Translations under genes and position numbers: made by a program | In this document: positions 1 to 8,622 of the stretch, one piece after another | Numbering within the stretch: the stretch's first letter is position 1 | How the letters are laid out: every line of letters starts with the position of its first letter | Notes under the pieces: generated by a model | What the model was told of the DNA's origin: nothing | The model's database searches: none | The model's input: only the letters and a program-made list of their open reading frames with translations | Sequence record: MH383160.1 | Reading direction: 5' to 3' (one strand) | Length of the DNA: 64,000 bases

Positions 1-100
1 CTATTGGTAGTTGAAATGTATTTCTAGTATCTTGAACAATAACAAAATCATCATCTATATTTTTACTCAGAACACCCAAAATATCATATATAGTAGTCAT
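1..100 (-). CDS. hypothetical protein, runs off window edge (MTTIYDILGVLSKNIDDDF...)
   Basis: ATG at 100 with AAGGT RBS directly after the 102..506 stop; frame open to position 1. Confidence 0.6.
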   Translation of the reverse strand, partial: MTTIYDILGVLSKNIDDDFVIVQDTRNTFQLPI

Positions 101-101
101 G

Positions 102-506
102 TTATTCTTTACCTTCAGCAGTTCTGATAATTTTCATAACTTCTCTGGATAGTGCGTATATTTTTTTATAGTACTCAAATGTAACTGAACCAAAATCATT
201 AATAGTACTAGCCATGAAGAACGATTCTTCTGTATATAGTTCATTTGACAAAGCAACCAGTTCTTGGTGAAATTTTGCGTCCTTCCAATAACGAAATTCA
301 AAAACAAATTGTCCGTCATGACCGACTCTACAACATTCAGAACGATCACTGTCTACACAGCTAAACACAATATCCCTTTCAGAGTCGTACCAGATATTTC
401 CAATATTTGTTTCAATAACAGCATAATCAATTTTTTTAGAATTTGGAATTAAACCTTTTTTCACCAGCACTAAACTGGTATTATCAATATCTAGTAAACT
501 TACCAT
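102..506 (-). CDS. hypothetical protein, FFQxS-motif paralogue family
   Basis: 134 aa; C-terminal TEESFFMASTINDFGSVTF motif shared with neighbours. Confidence 0.75.
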   Translation of the reverse strand: MVSLLDIDNTSLVLVKKGLIPNSKKIDYAVIETNIGNIWYDSERDIVFSCVDSDRSECCRVGHDGQFVFEFRYWKDAKFHQELVALSNELYTEESFFMASTINDFGSVTFEYYKKIYALSREVMKIIRTAEGKE

Positions 507-507
507 A

Positions 508-918
508 TCAATTCCCCATTACTAAAGTGTTTTTAATCTCCAACAATTCACTATACATATTCTTCAATTGTAATATATCTTCAAAAGTAATACCACCAAG
601 ATCATCAACTAATGAACGTTGGAATAAAGATTCACTTGTTTGTAATGTATCTAAATCGGTGATTTTTAATAAAGAACTTGGATTAAGTGTTTCGACTAGT
701 AGTATGTTTTTGTATGGTACATATGTGATCTTGATGTTCTTTTTATAATTAATCTTATAAAATCGCATAATTGACGATTCATCACTTAGTTGGATAATTG
801 GGTCGTCTTGTTCATTAGACCACCATACAGTACTAGTCATATGATTGACGTGGTGGTTCAATTCTGATATGTCCAAATCTAAAAAATATTTTAGTTCATT
901 GTGTAAATCTAAACTCAT
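508..918 (-). CDS. hypothetical protein, FFQxS-motif paralogue family
   Basis: 136 aa; TSESLFQRSLVDDLGGITF; GAGG RBS and sigma70 promoter upstream. Confidence 0.75.
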   Translation of the reverse strand: MSLDLHNELKYFLDLDISELNHHVNHMTSTVWWSNEQDDPIIQLSDESSIMRFYKINYKKNIKITYVPYKNILLVETLNPSSLLKITDLDTLQTSESLFQRSLVDDLGGITFEDILQLKNMYSELLEIKNTLVMGN

Positions 919-948
919 AAATTTATCCTCAATGCAGCATCATCATGT

Positions 949-977
949 ATTGTAGGATAAACCCACAATAATGTCAA
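949..977 (-). promoter_or_regulatory. sigma70-type early promoter TTGACA-N17-TACAAT
   Basis: near-consensus boxes, 17-bp spacer, intergenic. Confidence 0.8.
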
Positions 978-1369
978 GATGTGAAATAATTATACCAGTA
1001 ATATAGTTCTTTTAATTCTTCAGTACTGAACAATACTTCTTCTATTGTAGATTGTTGAAAGTGATATTCATCATTTAGATACATAGAAATATTACTATAT
1101 ACTTTCCTATTGTATTGACATAAAAAAGAAGTTTTTTGATTAATGTATTCAGTAAATGTTAATTTATCTAACTCAATATCGAATGATAATTTAATAATAT
1201 GACTATTATCATTTACATACATTAGTTTCTTTGAAAAATGATCAATTGTAATATATTCTTTATGAGAGAACTGAAATATATTATTAAATTTATTACCATT
1301 TGTGCTTCTAAATTTTTCAAGGTAATAAGAAAGTGGTTTAATTATTGAAGTTCCAATATTGTTCTTCAT
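974..1369 (-). CDS. hypothetical protein, FFQxS-motif paralogue family
   Basis: 131 aa; NDEYHFQQSTIEE motif; GAGG RBS. Confidence 0.7.
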   Translation of the reverse strand: MKNNIGTSIIKPLSYYLEKFRSTNGNKFNNIFQFSHKEYITIDHFSKKLMYVNDNSHIIKLSFDIELDKLTFTEYINQKTSFLCQYNRKVYSNISMYLNDEYHFQQSTIEEVLFSTEELKELYYWYNYFTS

Positions 1370-1390
1370 ATATCCTCAATTTTAGATAAG

Positions 1391-1414
1391 AAAAATGCCC
1401 CGAAGATCGGGGCA
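1391..1414 (-). terminator. intrinsic terminator
   Basis: TGCCCCG/CGGGGCA stem followed by T-run on minus strand. Confidence 0.75.
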
Positions 1415-1529
1415 GTACTAAAATGATTTTGTACCAAAAGGGGAATAAGAACAAAATGAAAATATAATAACGCATCATTATTATGTAAGGGAGGAAAGTA
1501 ACATGATATGTTAACCATTTCTGGTATAT

Positions 1530-2081
1530 TTATTTATCATTTAATTCTTTAAGTTGGGTTTGTATATCTTTAGTTATATTTCGAATTTTCTTAAAGCAAT
1601 AAACACTATCGTCCAATTCGATTTTAAGTTCATGTGTAAATGCATACAGAAGTTCAGCAAATACTAAATCTTGACGCATCCAGTTTCCATCTTTATATAA
1701 AGTCATTACACAATATGGGCATTCACTATTAGAAGTTTGCTTTCCAATAAAAACACTTTGAATTGATTCATGCTTAAAGCCAATAAAACTTTCATTTATT
1801 TTTTTAATTTCAGTACTGATATCGAATTTAGCACTGGTGTTGATTGCAAAAATTTTATTCCCACTTTCATCAGTATTGATATTGAGTTCAATATCACTAC
1901 CTAGTTTACGTACTGCTAGAGTATAAAGAAGTAATTCATACATGTCGTAACTTGTTACATTACCATTTGGTGCAATTACATCAACACTAACACCGTGCAT
2001 TTTTACTTCTGTATTAAATCCATCTTTATCAGAAAGAAAATCAGTGATTTGCTTTGTAAGGATTTTAATTTGGTCTATCAT
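1530..2081 (-). CDS. hypothetical protein
   Basis: 183 aa ORF, AAGGA RBS. Confidence 0.75.
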   Translation of the reverse strand: MIDQIKILTKQITDFLSDKDGFNTEVKMHGVSVDVIAPNGNVTSYDMYELLLYTLAVRKLGSDIELNINTDESGNKIFAINTSAKFDISTEIKKINESFIGFKHESIQSVFIGKQTSNSECPYCVMTLYKDGNWMRQDLVFAELLYAFTHELKIELDDSVYCFKKIRNITKDIQTQLKELNDK

Positions 2082-2101
2082 ATTTCATTTCCTTATGTGA
2101 T

Positions 2102-2126
2102 AAAAGCCTCCATAATGGAGGCTTTT
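2102..2126. terminator. intrinsic terminator, possibly bidirectional
   Basis: AAAAGCCTCCA-TAA-TGGAGGCTTTT perfect hairpin. Confidence 0.8.
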
Positions 2127-2134
2127 GTATTTAC

Positions 2135-2563
2135 TTAGAGAGATTCTTCGTATTCAGCAACAATCCCAACCATTTCATTAATGAACTTGATGTGAGAATG
2201 TGTCACTGTACGGAAATCGTAAACAAGTGACTGTTGGAAAAATACATCTTCATCAAGAGAACCATCAAAGTTCAAATCAATGTTTTCATCGTCATTGCTT
2301 GGTGCAACTTTAATATTCAGAAGATTTTCATCAACTGCAAGTTTTACAACACAACCCAGTGCAATGGCAAGAACATATGCTGGTTTCTTAGCTTTTTCAT
2401 TACGGAATGGTGCACGTAGAGCACAAAAAGTACTGCTAATCTCATCATTCGGTTCTTTGTATTTAACATTGACCATTAGTTCTTCGATTTTGACGCTCTC
2501 AATAACACGACCAGTTTCTGGAGCGAAGAAAGAATGTTCACGGATAGTTTGTTCGATATTCAT
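2135..2563 (-). CDS. hypothetical protein, FFQxS-motif paralogue family
   Basis: 142 aa; DEDVFFQQSLVYDFRTVT; AAGGA RBS. Confidence 0.75.
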   Translation of the reverse strand: MNIEQTIREHSFFAPETGRVIESVKIEELMVNVKYKEPNDEISSTFCALRAPFRNEKAKKPAYVLAIALGCVVKLAVDENLLNIKVAPSNDDENIDLNFDGSLDEDVFFQQSLVYDFRTVTHSHIKFINEMVGIVAEYEESL

Positions 2564-2566
2564 ATA

Positions 2567-2761
2567 TTATTCCTTATTTAGATTGCTAAAAATACGAAGA
2601 TTGCGGTTTGCTTTAAACTGTTTCAAATCACCAAATCTATCATCAACGATGAAAGTTGCTGATTTCTTTGACTGACATATTGTACAAATCAACATACCTT
2701 GTATTGTATACTCAGTTGAGCAATTTGTACAGTACTTTTTTTCATAAAGTTCAGTACTCAT
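2567..2761 (-). CDS. small zinc-finger protein
   Basis: CxxC...CxxC (CTNC, CTIC). Confidence 0.6.
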   Translation of the reverse strand: MSTELYEKKYCTNCSTEYTIQGMLICTICQSKKSATFIVDDRFGDLKQFKANRNLRIFSNLNKE

Positions 2762-3093
2762 AAAACCTTCACATCAGTACGTTTTTCTCTTTGTTCTTTT
2801 TTAACCTCATCAGTTCTAGTATCTTCTAATTGTAACACAACTTCTTTTAGAATGTCAACATCAATTGTTGCTTCTACATATTGATAGTCGTTTACACCAA
2901 AAACATACTTTACTGCAACCCATACACGGTTATACCATTTTAAAAAAGGATTTAAACGCATACTTATCAGACATTGACCAAGTTTATCATCTCCATATTC
3001 CTCTGTCAAGTCAAATTGTGCAATGTGAACGCAATGCTCCATTTTATCGCCACAAGAACAACGTAAAATATACTCTTTACTATCTTCACTCAT
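2758..3093 (-). CDS. hypothetical protein
   Basis: 111 aa, ATGA-coupled to neighbours. Confidence 0.7.
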   Translation of the reverse strand: MSEDSKEYILRCSCGDKMEHCVHIAQFDLTEEYGDDKLGQCLISMRLNPFLKWYNRVWVAVKYVFGVNDYQYVEATIDVDILKEVVLQLEDTRTDEVKKEQREKRTDVKVL

Positions 3094-3512
3094 ACTGGAT
3101 AAGCCTTTAAAAATTGTTTAAGAACTCCAAACTTAGATGAATCGTAATCGTATTGATAGTTAAGCTCTCGCTTATCATTCATACGATACACCATATGAAA
3201 ATTTGGATAACCAATTCTAACAGGTTTTTTAGGATTAGCAAGTAAAATTGCCCATTCTTTTACAGGAAATACGTTTTCAGACAGCATTTTGATATTTGTT
3301 TCAAAATACTTCATGGCTTGCTTTCCGTGCTTGTAATCTTCTTCACTAATCTCTTGACAATCAATTCTATGTGTTTCGGTATCTAACACCCATTGTTGAT
3401 CTTCGGTATATAAATCAATTACATCATCAATAGTATAACTATCAGGTAAATCATAAAATACCCAATGAGATAAACCAGAACTTACACCAATTCGAATTTT
3501 AAAGAACTTCAT
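3090..3512 (-). CDS. hypothetical protein
   Basis: 140 aa, ATGA overlap. Confidence 0.7.
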   Translation of the reverse strand: MKFFKIRIGVSSGLSHWVFYDLPDSYTIDDVIDLYTEDQQWVLDTETHRIDCQEISEEDYKHGKQAMKYFETNIKMLSENVFPVKEWAILLANPKKPVRIGYPNFHMVYRMNDKRELNYQYDYDSSKFGVLKQFLKAYPV

Positions 3513-3670
3513 TCTTTATCACCTTTTACATAATTATAACACACGACACAGTGAATTACAAGAAGAATTATTTCCACAATATTAAGAGACAATACATGAC
3601 TCTGCGGTGTGAAAAGTGCCAATAACAACATTATAGCAGGTATTGTGAATATTTTCCAAGTTTTTTTCAT
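3509..3670 (-). CDS. small membrane protein (53 aa)
   Basis: start revised to ATG 3670 (AAGGA RBS, follows 3672 stop); two hydrophobic stretches. Confidence 0.6.
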   Translation of the reverse strand: MKKTWKIFTIPAIMLLLALFTPQSHVLSLNIVEIILLVIHCVVCYNYVKGDKE

Positions 3671-3671
3671 T

Positions 3672-3902
3672 TTATTCCTTTGTATATGCATATGGTAAAA
3701 ATAAAACCTCTGCATTAGGAATGCATTGTGCCAATCCTTCAACAATAGATTTGTTTTTATTACATTGCCAAACTTTAGTAATTTTATGTCTAAATACTTT
3801 TTTATCAACAACAATCCAGTACATGTCCATTTTAACAGTACTGTTATCAGATGGTGTTAGTAAAGTATCGATGTCATATGTATCAAAGATTTTGTCGTTC
3901 AT
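3672..3902 (-). CDS. hypothetical protein
   Basis: 76 aa, GGAG RBS. Confidence 0.7.
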   Translation of the reverse strand: MNDKIFDTYDIDTLLTPSDNSTVKMDMYWIVVDKKVFRHKITKVWQCNKNKSIVEGLAQCIPNAEVLFLPYAYTKE

Positions 3903-4164
3903 ATAATCTCCTAATAAAATATTCTCGATTCTCTCTTATATACCCAGATACACAGTTAGTTGTGGCTTGGTTAGTGAATGAAATCTCACTATTGGACACG
4001 CCATTTGCATCACACAAAGGACATATTCCCATGTACTTGGGGGTCGGGTAGGTGTCCAATTTGTATTTTCCATTACATACCATGTACTGCTGTGGCAATA
4101 CATCTAATATTATTTCATATTCTTCATCAAACACCTTGAAGCATACCCAACATTTACCCATCAT
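3883..4164 (-). CDS. zinc-finger-like hypothetical protein
   Basis: CWVC and CPLC motifs. Confidence 0.6.
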   Translation of the reverse strand: MMGKCWVCFKVFDEEYEIILDVLPQQYMVCNGKYKLDTYPTPKYMGICPLCDANGVSNSEISFTNQATTNCVSGYIRENREYFIRRLYERQNL

Positions 4165-4645
4165 AGTTTTCCTTTAACACAGTTCTTATATATTCGAATG
4201 TTTTAACAAACCAATCATGTTCGTCGGATACATCTACAACTTTACCACCATATACATAGTAATGGTAAAAAGGCAACTTGCTTTTTCTTAATCTTTCGGC
4301 TAACTCTGGATTTTGAATTATCTTAGCACAAATAGCATCTTGAATAATAGAAATACAATCATCCGTCATTTCAATTCGATCATGCATATATTTGTTAGCG
4401 GCTGCTTTTGCTGCTGCACCAGATACTTTTCTAAGGTCATCATGTTTTTGCCCAGTTAAAAACCAAAAGTAAAATGTTTCAACTGAAGGGAACCAACCAT
4501 ATGGTTCAAGTGTGAAGCTATGCGAAGAAAAGTTAGATAGATCTCTACCTAACTTCGTTCTGGCTTTACTATAAATGTTAATATGTCGGTATCCATCATC
4601 AGTAGGGTCAATGAAGTTAAATGACTCTTCTGGGAATTCAAACAT
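4154..4645 (-). CDS. NADAR-like protein (T4 gp30.3/YbiA-related)
   Basis: LSNF...F...FPSVETFY and K++QNPEL..RL motifs typical of NADAR family. Confidence 0.55.
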   Translation of the reverse strand: MFEFPEESFNFIDPTDDGYRHINIYSKARTKLGRDLSNFSSHSFTLEPYGWFPSVETFYFWFLTGQKHDDLRKVSGAAAKAAANKYMHDRIEMTDDCISIIQDAICAKIIQNPELAERLRKSKLPFYHYYVYGGKVVDVSDEHDWFVKTFEYIRTVLKENYDG

Positions 4646-4647
4646 AA

Positions 4648-5001
4648 TTATTCTTCTTCTCCTGAAGGTGTTCCACGTAGTTTATCAAAATCAACCCAAA
4701 TACCATGCTGGTTTTTAAATCGACATTTCTCATAGTACCAACTATAGTCCGTTTCAACACCTTGTGAAATAGAACGCACACTACAATCATACATATTATA
4801 TAAATGTTCCCTGACAATATATGTATTAATCAGTACAACGAATAATACAATAATACCACAGATTTTAGGATGGTCCATAATCAAGTCAAGTACTGATCTA
4901 GTTTCAGAACTATCAATCTTACTTCTACAAATAGTAACAATTTTAAGAACAGCGAATGATACCAGTAATGAAATTACAATAACACTTAAATAAATTAGCA
5001 T
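4648..5001 (-). CDS. membrane protein
   Basis: two predicted TM segments. Confidence 0.65.
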   Translation of the reverse strand: MLIYLSVIVISLLVSFAVLKIVTICRSKIDSSETRSVLDLIMDHPKICGIIVLFVVLINTYIVREHLYNMYDCSVRSISQGVETDYSWYYEKCRFKNQHGIWVDFDKLRGTPSGEEE

Positions 5002-5004
5002 AAA

Positions 5005-5586
5005 TTACACTCCTACACCAAAACGTAAAATAATATTATTAACAAACACTAAATCAAAAGGTGACTTTGGTTCAGATACTGAGTACTGAAATGATTCTGC
5101 TGCGAAATTTTCTCTATTATACCATGTTTCAGAATTTATTAGCATTTTTTTATCACCAATCGTCACTGAATGTAATGGAACATTTGAAGAAGAATTTATT
5201 GAATATGCATTAAGATTACCGTTTTCATCTAATGTGATACTAAGATAATATCTTTTCTCAATATCAGGAATAAGTTCTTTTGTATACGAATAGATTGAAT
5301 CAACCCATTCATCATGTACATTTTCTGCACCAACCAGGTGTCCGAATGACAAATTACGTTTAACTGGCTTTGTTCCAGGACGAGTTAGAATGAATTGTTT
5401 TGTTAAGTAAAAATTATTATGTTTTACTTCAATATTAACATTTTTAAAATTCACCACTTTATCATATACATTTCGAAAAACTGTTATATCCCAAGTACTA
5501 ATTTCATCCATAATACTTATCACCAGTTCTTCTAGTTCTTGTATAAATGGCAAATCATCTTGATGAAATCTAGTCATGGTTTTCAT
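5005..5586 (-). CDS. hypothetical protein
   Basis: 193 aa, AAGGT RBS. Confidence 0.7.
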   Translation of the reverse strand: MKTMTRFHQDDLPFIQELEELVISIMDEISTWDITVFRNVYDKVVNFKNVNIEVKHNNFYLTKQFILTRPGTKPVKRNLSFGHLVGAENVHDEWVDSIYSYTKELIPDIEKRYYLSITLDENGNLNAYSINSSSNVPLHSVTIGDKKMLINSETWYNRENFAAESFQYSVSEPKSPFDLVFVNNIILRFGVGV

Positions 5587-6169
5587 ATACCTTTTTCAAA
5601 TTCATAATTTCAAGAATGCTGTATTCTTTATCACCAATCAAATCTTCAGTGAATGCAGTGGGGTCGGCATCGCTATACAACTTACCATTGATGATAACAC
5701 AACCATTACTAAGATACAATGCACTCATGATCTGTTGTCCTTCTTTCACATTTTGTGCTAGACCTGTATTTGTTACTACAAATCCATTTGTTGCTAATGA
5801 TGATGTTAGTTCTGACCATTCAACTGATATTAAGTCGCGATAGTCCTTAGATACTTTTATATTCACAATACAAGCAACTCGTTTAATAGGTGGAGTGCTA
5901 ATCGTGTACATTTGTGGTTGTTGGTAATTAGAGTTGTATGTTTGTGGTGTTTTAACAGCAGTTCCTGAATTTTGAGTTGATTTGGTAATTACTGGTTCTA
6001 CACTGGGGACTGTTGTTCTTAGTGATATAATACGTCCAGTTTCATCCAATTTAAGGACTAAACGATGAGTTTCATCCTCAGAGTAATAGGGAAACAAGCC
6101 ACCGGAATTCATATTTTGAAGCATTTTAATTAATTCATAAGTATTTTTTAAAAACATAGTACACCCCAT
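5570..6169 (-). CDS. hypothetical protein
   Basis: 199 aa ORF in operon. Confidence 0.7.
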   Translation of the reverse strand: MGCTMFLKNTYELIKMLQNMNSGGLFPYYSEDETHRLVLKLDETGRIISLRTTVPSVEPVITKSTQNSGTAVKTPQTYNSNYQQPQMYTISTPPIKRVACIVNIKVSKDYRDLISVEWSELTSSLATNGFVVTNTGLAQNVKEGQQIMSALYLSNGCVIINGKLYSDADPTAFTEDLIGDKEYSILEIMNLKKVYENHD

Positions 6170-6174
6170 AGAAA

Positions 6175-6195
6175 AGGGGAGTACAAAGTACTCCC
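6175..6195 (-). terminator. intrinsic terminator
   Basis: GGGAGTAC-AAA-GTACTCCC hairpin with T-run on minus strand. Confidence 0.7.
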
Positions 6196-6204
6196 AACAT
6201 TTAA

Positions 6205-6759
6205 TTATAGTTTAATTGATTCTTGAATACCAGTATCCATTGCTTTCTTGGTACGTGTATCAGATACTACTGTACAAAGGTGTTCAATATTTTCACTTGG
6301 AAACGTATTCGAATCAAGAATTTTGGAATTCCAGAAGCCTTTGCGGAACTTAGCATAATCAGTACACTGGTCAATTTTCATTTTCTGAAGATTGTTGAAC
6401 TTTGTACGTCCTGTTTCAATTGTCACCATCAATTCCTGATAAATTTTAGGATCAAGATTTGGAACCTGTTGTTGAATCTGTGACATTACAAACTTCTGGT
6501 CAACACCTTCACGCCCTTTAAAGTATGATTCAATCGTTTCTTTCAACGCATCTTTATACTTATCGGCTACTTGAACCTTATCTTGAATAGTAAGAGTATA
6601 ATTGCTAAGTTGACTTTCTGATGCATCATAGTACTTTTTAATGTTTCCTTCAAACTCAACTGCACGATCATGTGCACCAACATACATACTAATAGAACCA
6701 AACACCATTAGTACGATAACTACCAAAATACCAATTAACGCAAGGAGTTTACCATTCAT
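6205..6759 (-). CDS. LemA-like membrane-anchored protein
   Basis: single N-terminal TM then helical domain; coupled to a TPM-like gene. Confidence 0.5.
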   Translation of the reverse strand: MNGKLLALIGILVVIVLMVFGSISMYVGAHDRAVEFEGNIKKYYDASESQLSNYTLTIQDKVQVADKYKDALKETIESYFKGREGVDQKFVMSQIQQQVPNLDPKIYQELMVTIETGRTKFNNLQKMKIDQCTDYAKFRKGFWNSKILDSNTFPSENIEHLCTVVSDTRTKKAMDTGIQESIKL

Positions 6760-7850
6760 AAATCGTTATCCCTCATATAAAGGCCAATGAAAATAGACAG
6801 AATCAACAACACAATGGAAGCACCGATAAGAACATCTTTTCTAGGTTCCATTTTTACTGACAAGTACTCAAACTCTTTATTAGAGAGTCTCTCAAAATGT
6901 TTGTCAATATTATGTACTTCTTTAACTAGTAAGTCAAGAGTTAATTTTTCATTTAATGCATCAATACGCATCTTTGCATGTAACTCTTCATTCTTCATTC
7001 CTTGTGCAAATGATGTACTGTAAAATTTGACAACGTTACCATCATTGTCAATACCAAAGAACATAATAACATCATTCTTCTTACCACCACGCCACGATGC
7101 AAGGGTAGCATCAATAAAATCAACATCTTTGTAATCATAAACTAGTACTTGGATGTTTACCTGCTTTCGTGCACCCATCGTTTTTAGCTCATTACGAAGG
7201 TATTCATCGTAACCATCAACGTTGTAATTTGTAGTGTTAATTACGTGATGTGTTTTGTAATAATCAACTACACTTGGGTATTCTGGAATAGTACTAAGAT
7301 ACTTTTCATCATACATGTTGTGTAGTTCTTCAGGACTAAACAATGAGTTCTTATCAGCAAATAGATAGTTGATATATGAACTCTCTGCTGCGGCATAGTC
7401 ACCAATAATAACTTGCTGCCAACGTGGTGGTGTCATTGTACCTTGACGGTTCACACGTTCAATCTCAAACTCACCTACTGTACTTTTCACATACCAATCA
7501 ACTTCATATGAGTAATCAAAAACCTTATATGATTCACACTCACGATGTGATTTACCTTTACTATCATATCGCGTATGGCACTTCTCATGCCATGTATAGT
7601 GCTTACATGAACTAGATTGTGTGCAATATTCTTTGTGGCTGTATTTTGAAGTTACTTGACCATTCAGAATCTCAACATCATAAAGCTGGCTATAGTTGAT
7701 TGCGTATGAAATACCAAGAACAAGAGCCGCACCAACCAGACAACAACCAATATGAATCAATAGTTCTTTAGTACTGATATGCTTATCGTACATGTATTTC
7801 ATAACGAATACAACGATAAGAGCAGGTATTAACAGAATAATGAAATTCAT
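6756..7850 (-). CDS. membrane protein with TPM-like domain
   Basis: 2 N-terminal TMs, C-terminal TM; QVNIQVLVY...WRGGKKNDVIMFFGID resembles TPM core. Confidence 0.55.
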   Translation of the reverse strand: MNFIILLIPALIVVFVMKYMYDKHISTKELLIHIGCCLVGAALVLGISYAINYSQLYDVEILNGQVTSKYSHKEYCTQSSSCKHYTWHEKCHTRYDSKGKSHRECESYKVFDYSYEVDWYVKSTVGEFEIERVNRQGTMTPPRWQQVIIGDYAAAESSYINYLFADKNSLFSPEELHNMYDEKYLSTIPEYPSVVDYYKTHHVINTTNYNVDGYDEYLRNELKTMGARKQVNIQVLVYDYKDVDFIDATLASWRGGKKNDVIMFFGIDNDGNVVKFYSTSFAQGMKNEELHAKMRIDALNEKLTLDLLVKEVHNIDKHFERLSNKEFEYLSVKMEPRKDVLIGASIVLLILSIFIGLYMRDNDL

Positions 7851-7853
7851 GTA

Positions 7854-8543
7854 TTAATCCATTTTAAGCTTGTTTAGACAGAATGAAATCTGGATTGCTT
7901 CACGTGCTGCATCAAATAGTGGATGATGTAACTCCAACCCATTAATCCCACACGTATTTGCATATGTGATAAATTTATCCAACTGTACCGAAACGATTTC
8001 ATCCATTTCAATACGAGATTCATCATTCAATAAACGTTTCAATGTGCGTGCATTTTCAGGTGCATCATACTTCCACAACTCACCAGCGTTCATTAGTTTT
8101 AAATGGTTTGCTTGTAAAATGCTACAATCGAAGTTACATCCGTTACCCCAGACTGAATGAGGAACTTCTTCGCCATAATCATTGTAACGTAATTCTTTCC
8201 AGAAATCAACAATACTACTGTATGCAAAAAATCGTCGTGATTGACCATTCGGTCCATACAGTTCAGGTGCTTTGAGTTTCATAGTACTGGCAACTTCAGC
8301 ATATGCATTAGGGTATTCTTTCTGACATGTATTCATCCAAAAATCCATTGCACCTGCGTCTGATTTTAAACCAGTTGTAACTTGATCCTGGTATGGTAAT
8401 TTAATATATAAGAACTGACGAATGTCATTTTCAGGTTTACTTGGAACTACTACTGCTGCGTAATTTGGGATAATAATATCATAACCGGAAAGTTCAGGTG
8501 TTCCAAGAGCTTCAATATCAACACTAATATGACGACGTTTCAT
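7854..8543 (-). CDS. dexA: DEDDh 3'-5' exonuclease (T4 DexA-like)
   Basis: VDIEALGT, VWGNGCNFDCSIL and HHPLFDA motifs. Confidence 0.75.
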   Translation of the reverse strand: MKRRHISVDIEALGTPELSGYDIIIPNYAAVVVPSKPENDIRQFLYIKLPYQDQVTTGLKSDAGAMDFWMNTCQKEYPNAYAEVASTMKLKAPELYGPNGQSRRFFAYSSIVDFWKELRYNDYGEEVPHSVWGNGCNFDCSILQANHLKLMNAGELWKYDAPENARTLKRLLNDESRIEMDEIVSVQLDKFITYANTCGINGLELHHPLFDAAREAIQISFCLNKLKMD

Positions 8544-8590
8544 AAGTTAGTTCCTTATCTGTACATTAAAAAGAGTGCGTTTTCAATAAG

Positions 8591-8619
8591 ATTATATTAA
8601 AAACGCACTCATATGTCAA
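8591..8619 (-). promoter_or_regulatory. sigma70-type early promoter TTGACA-N17-TATAAT
   Basis: perfect consensus; -10 box lies inside a terminator-like hairpin loop. Confidence 0.85.
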
Positions 8620-8622
8620 CTA

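Noticed and set aside
3671-3814. N-terminal extension of the 3509..3814 ORF
   Set aside because: Overlaps the 3672..3902 gene in another frame; ATG 3670 has its own AAGGA RBS.
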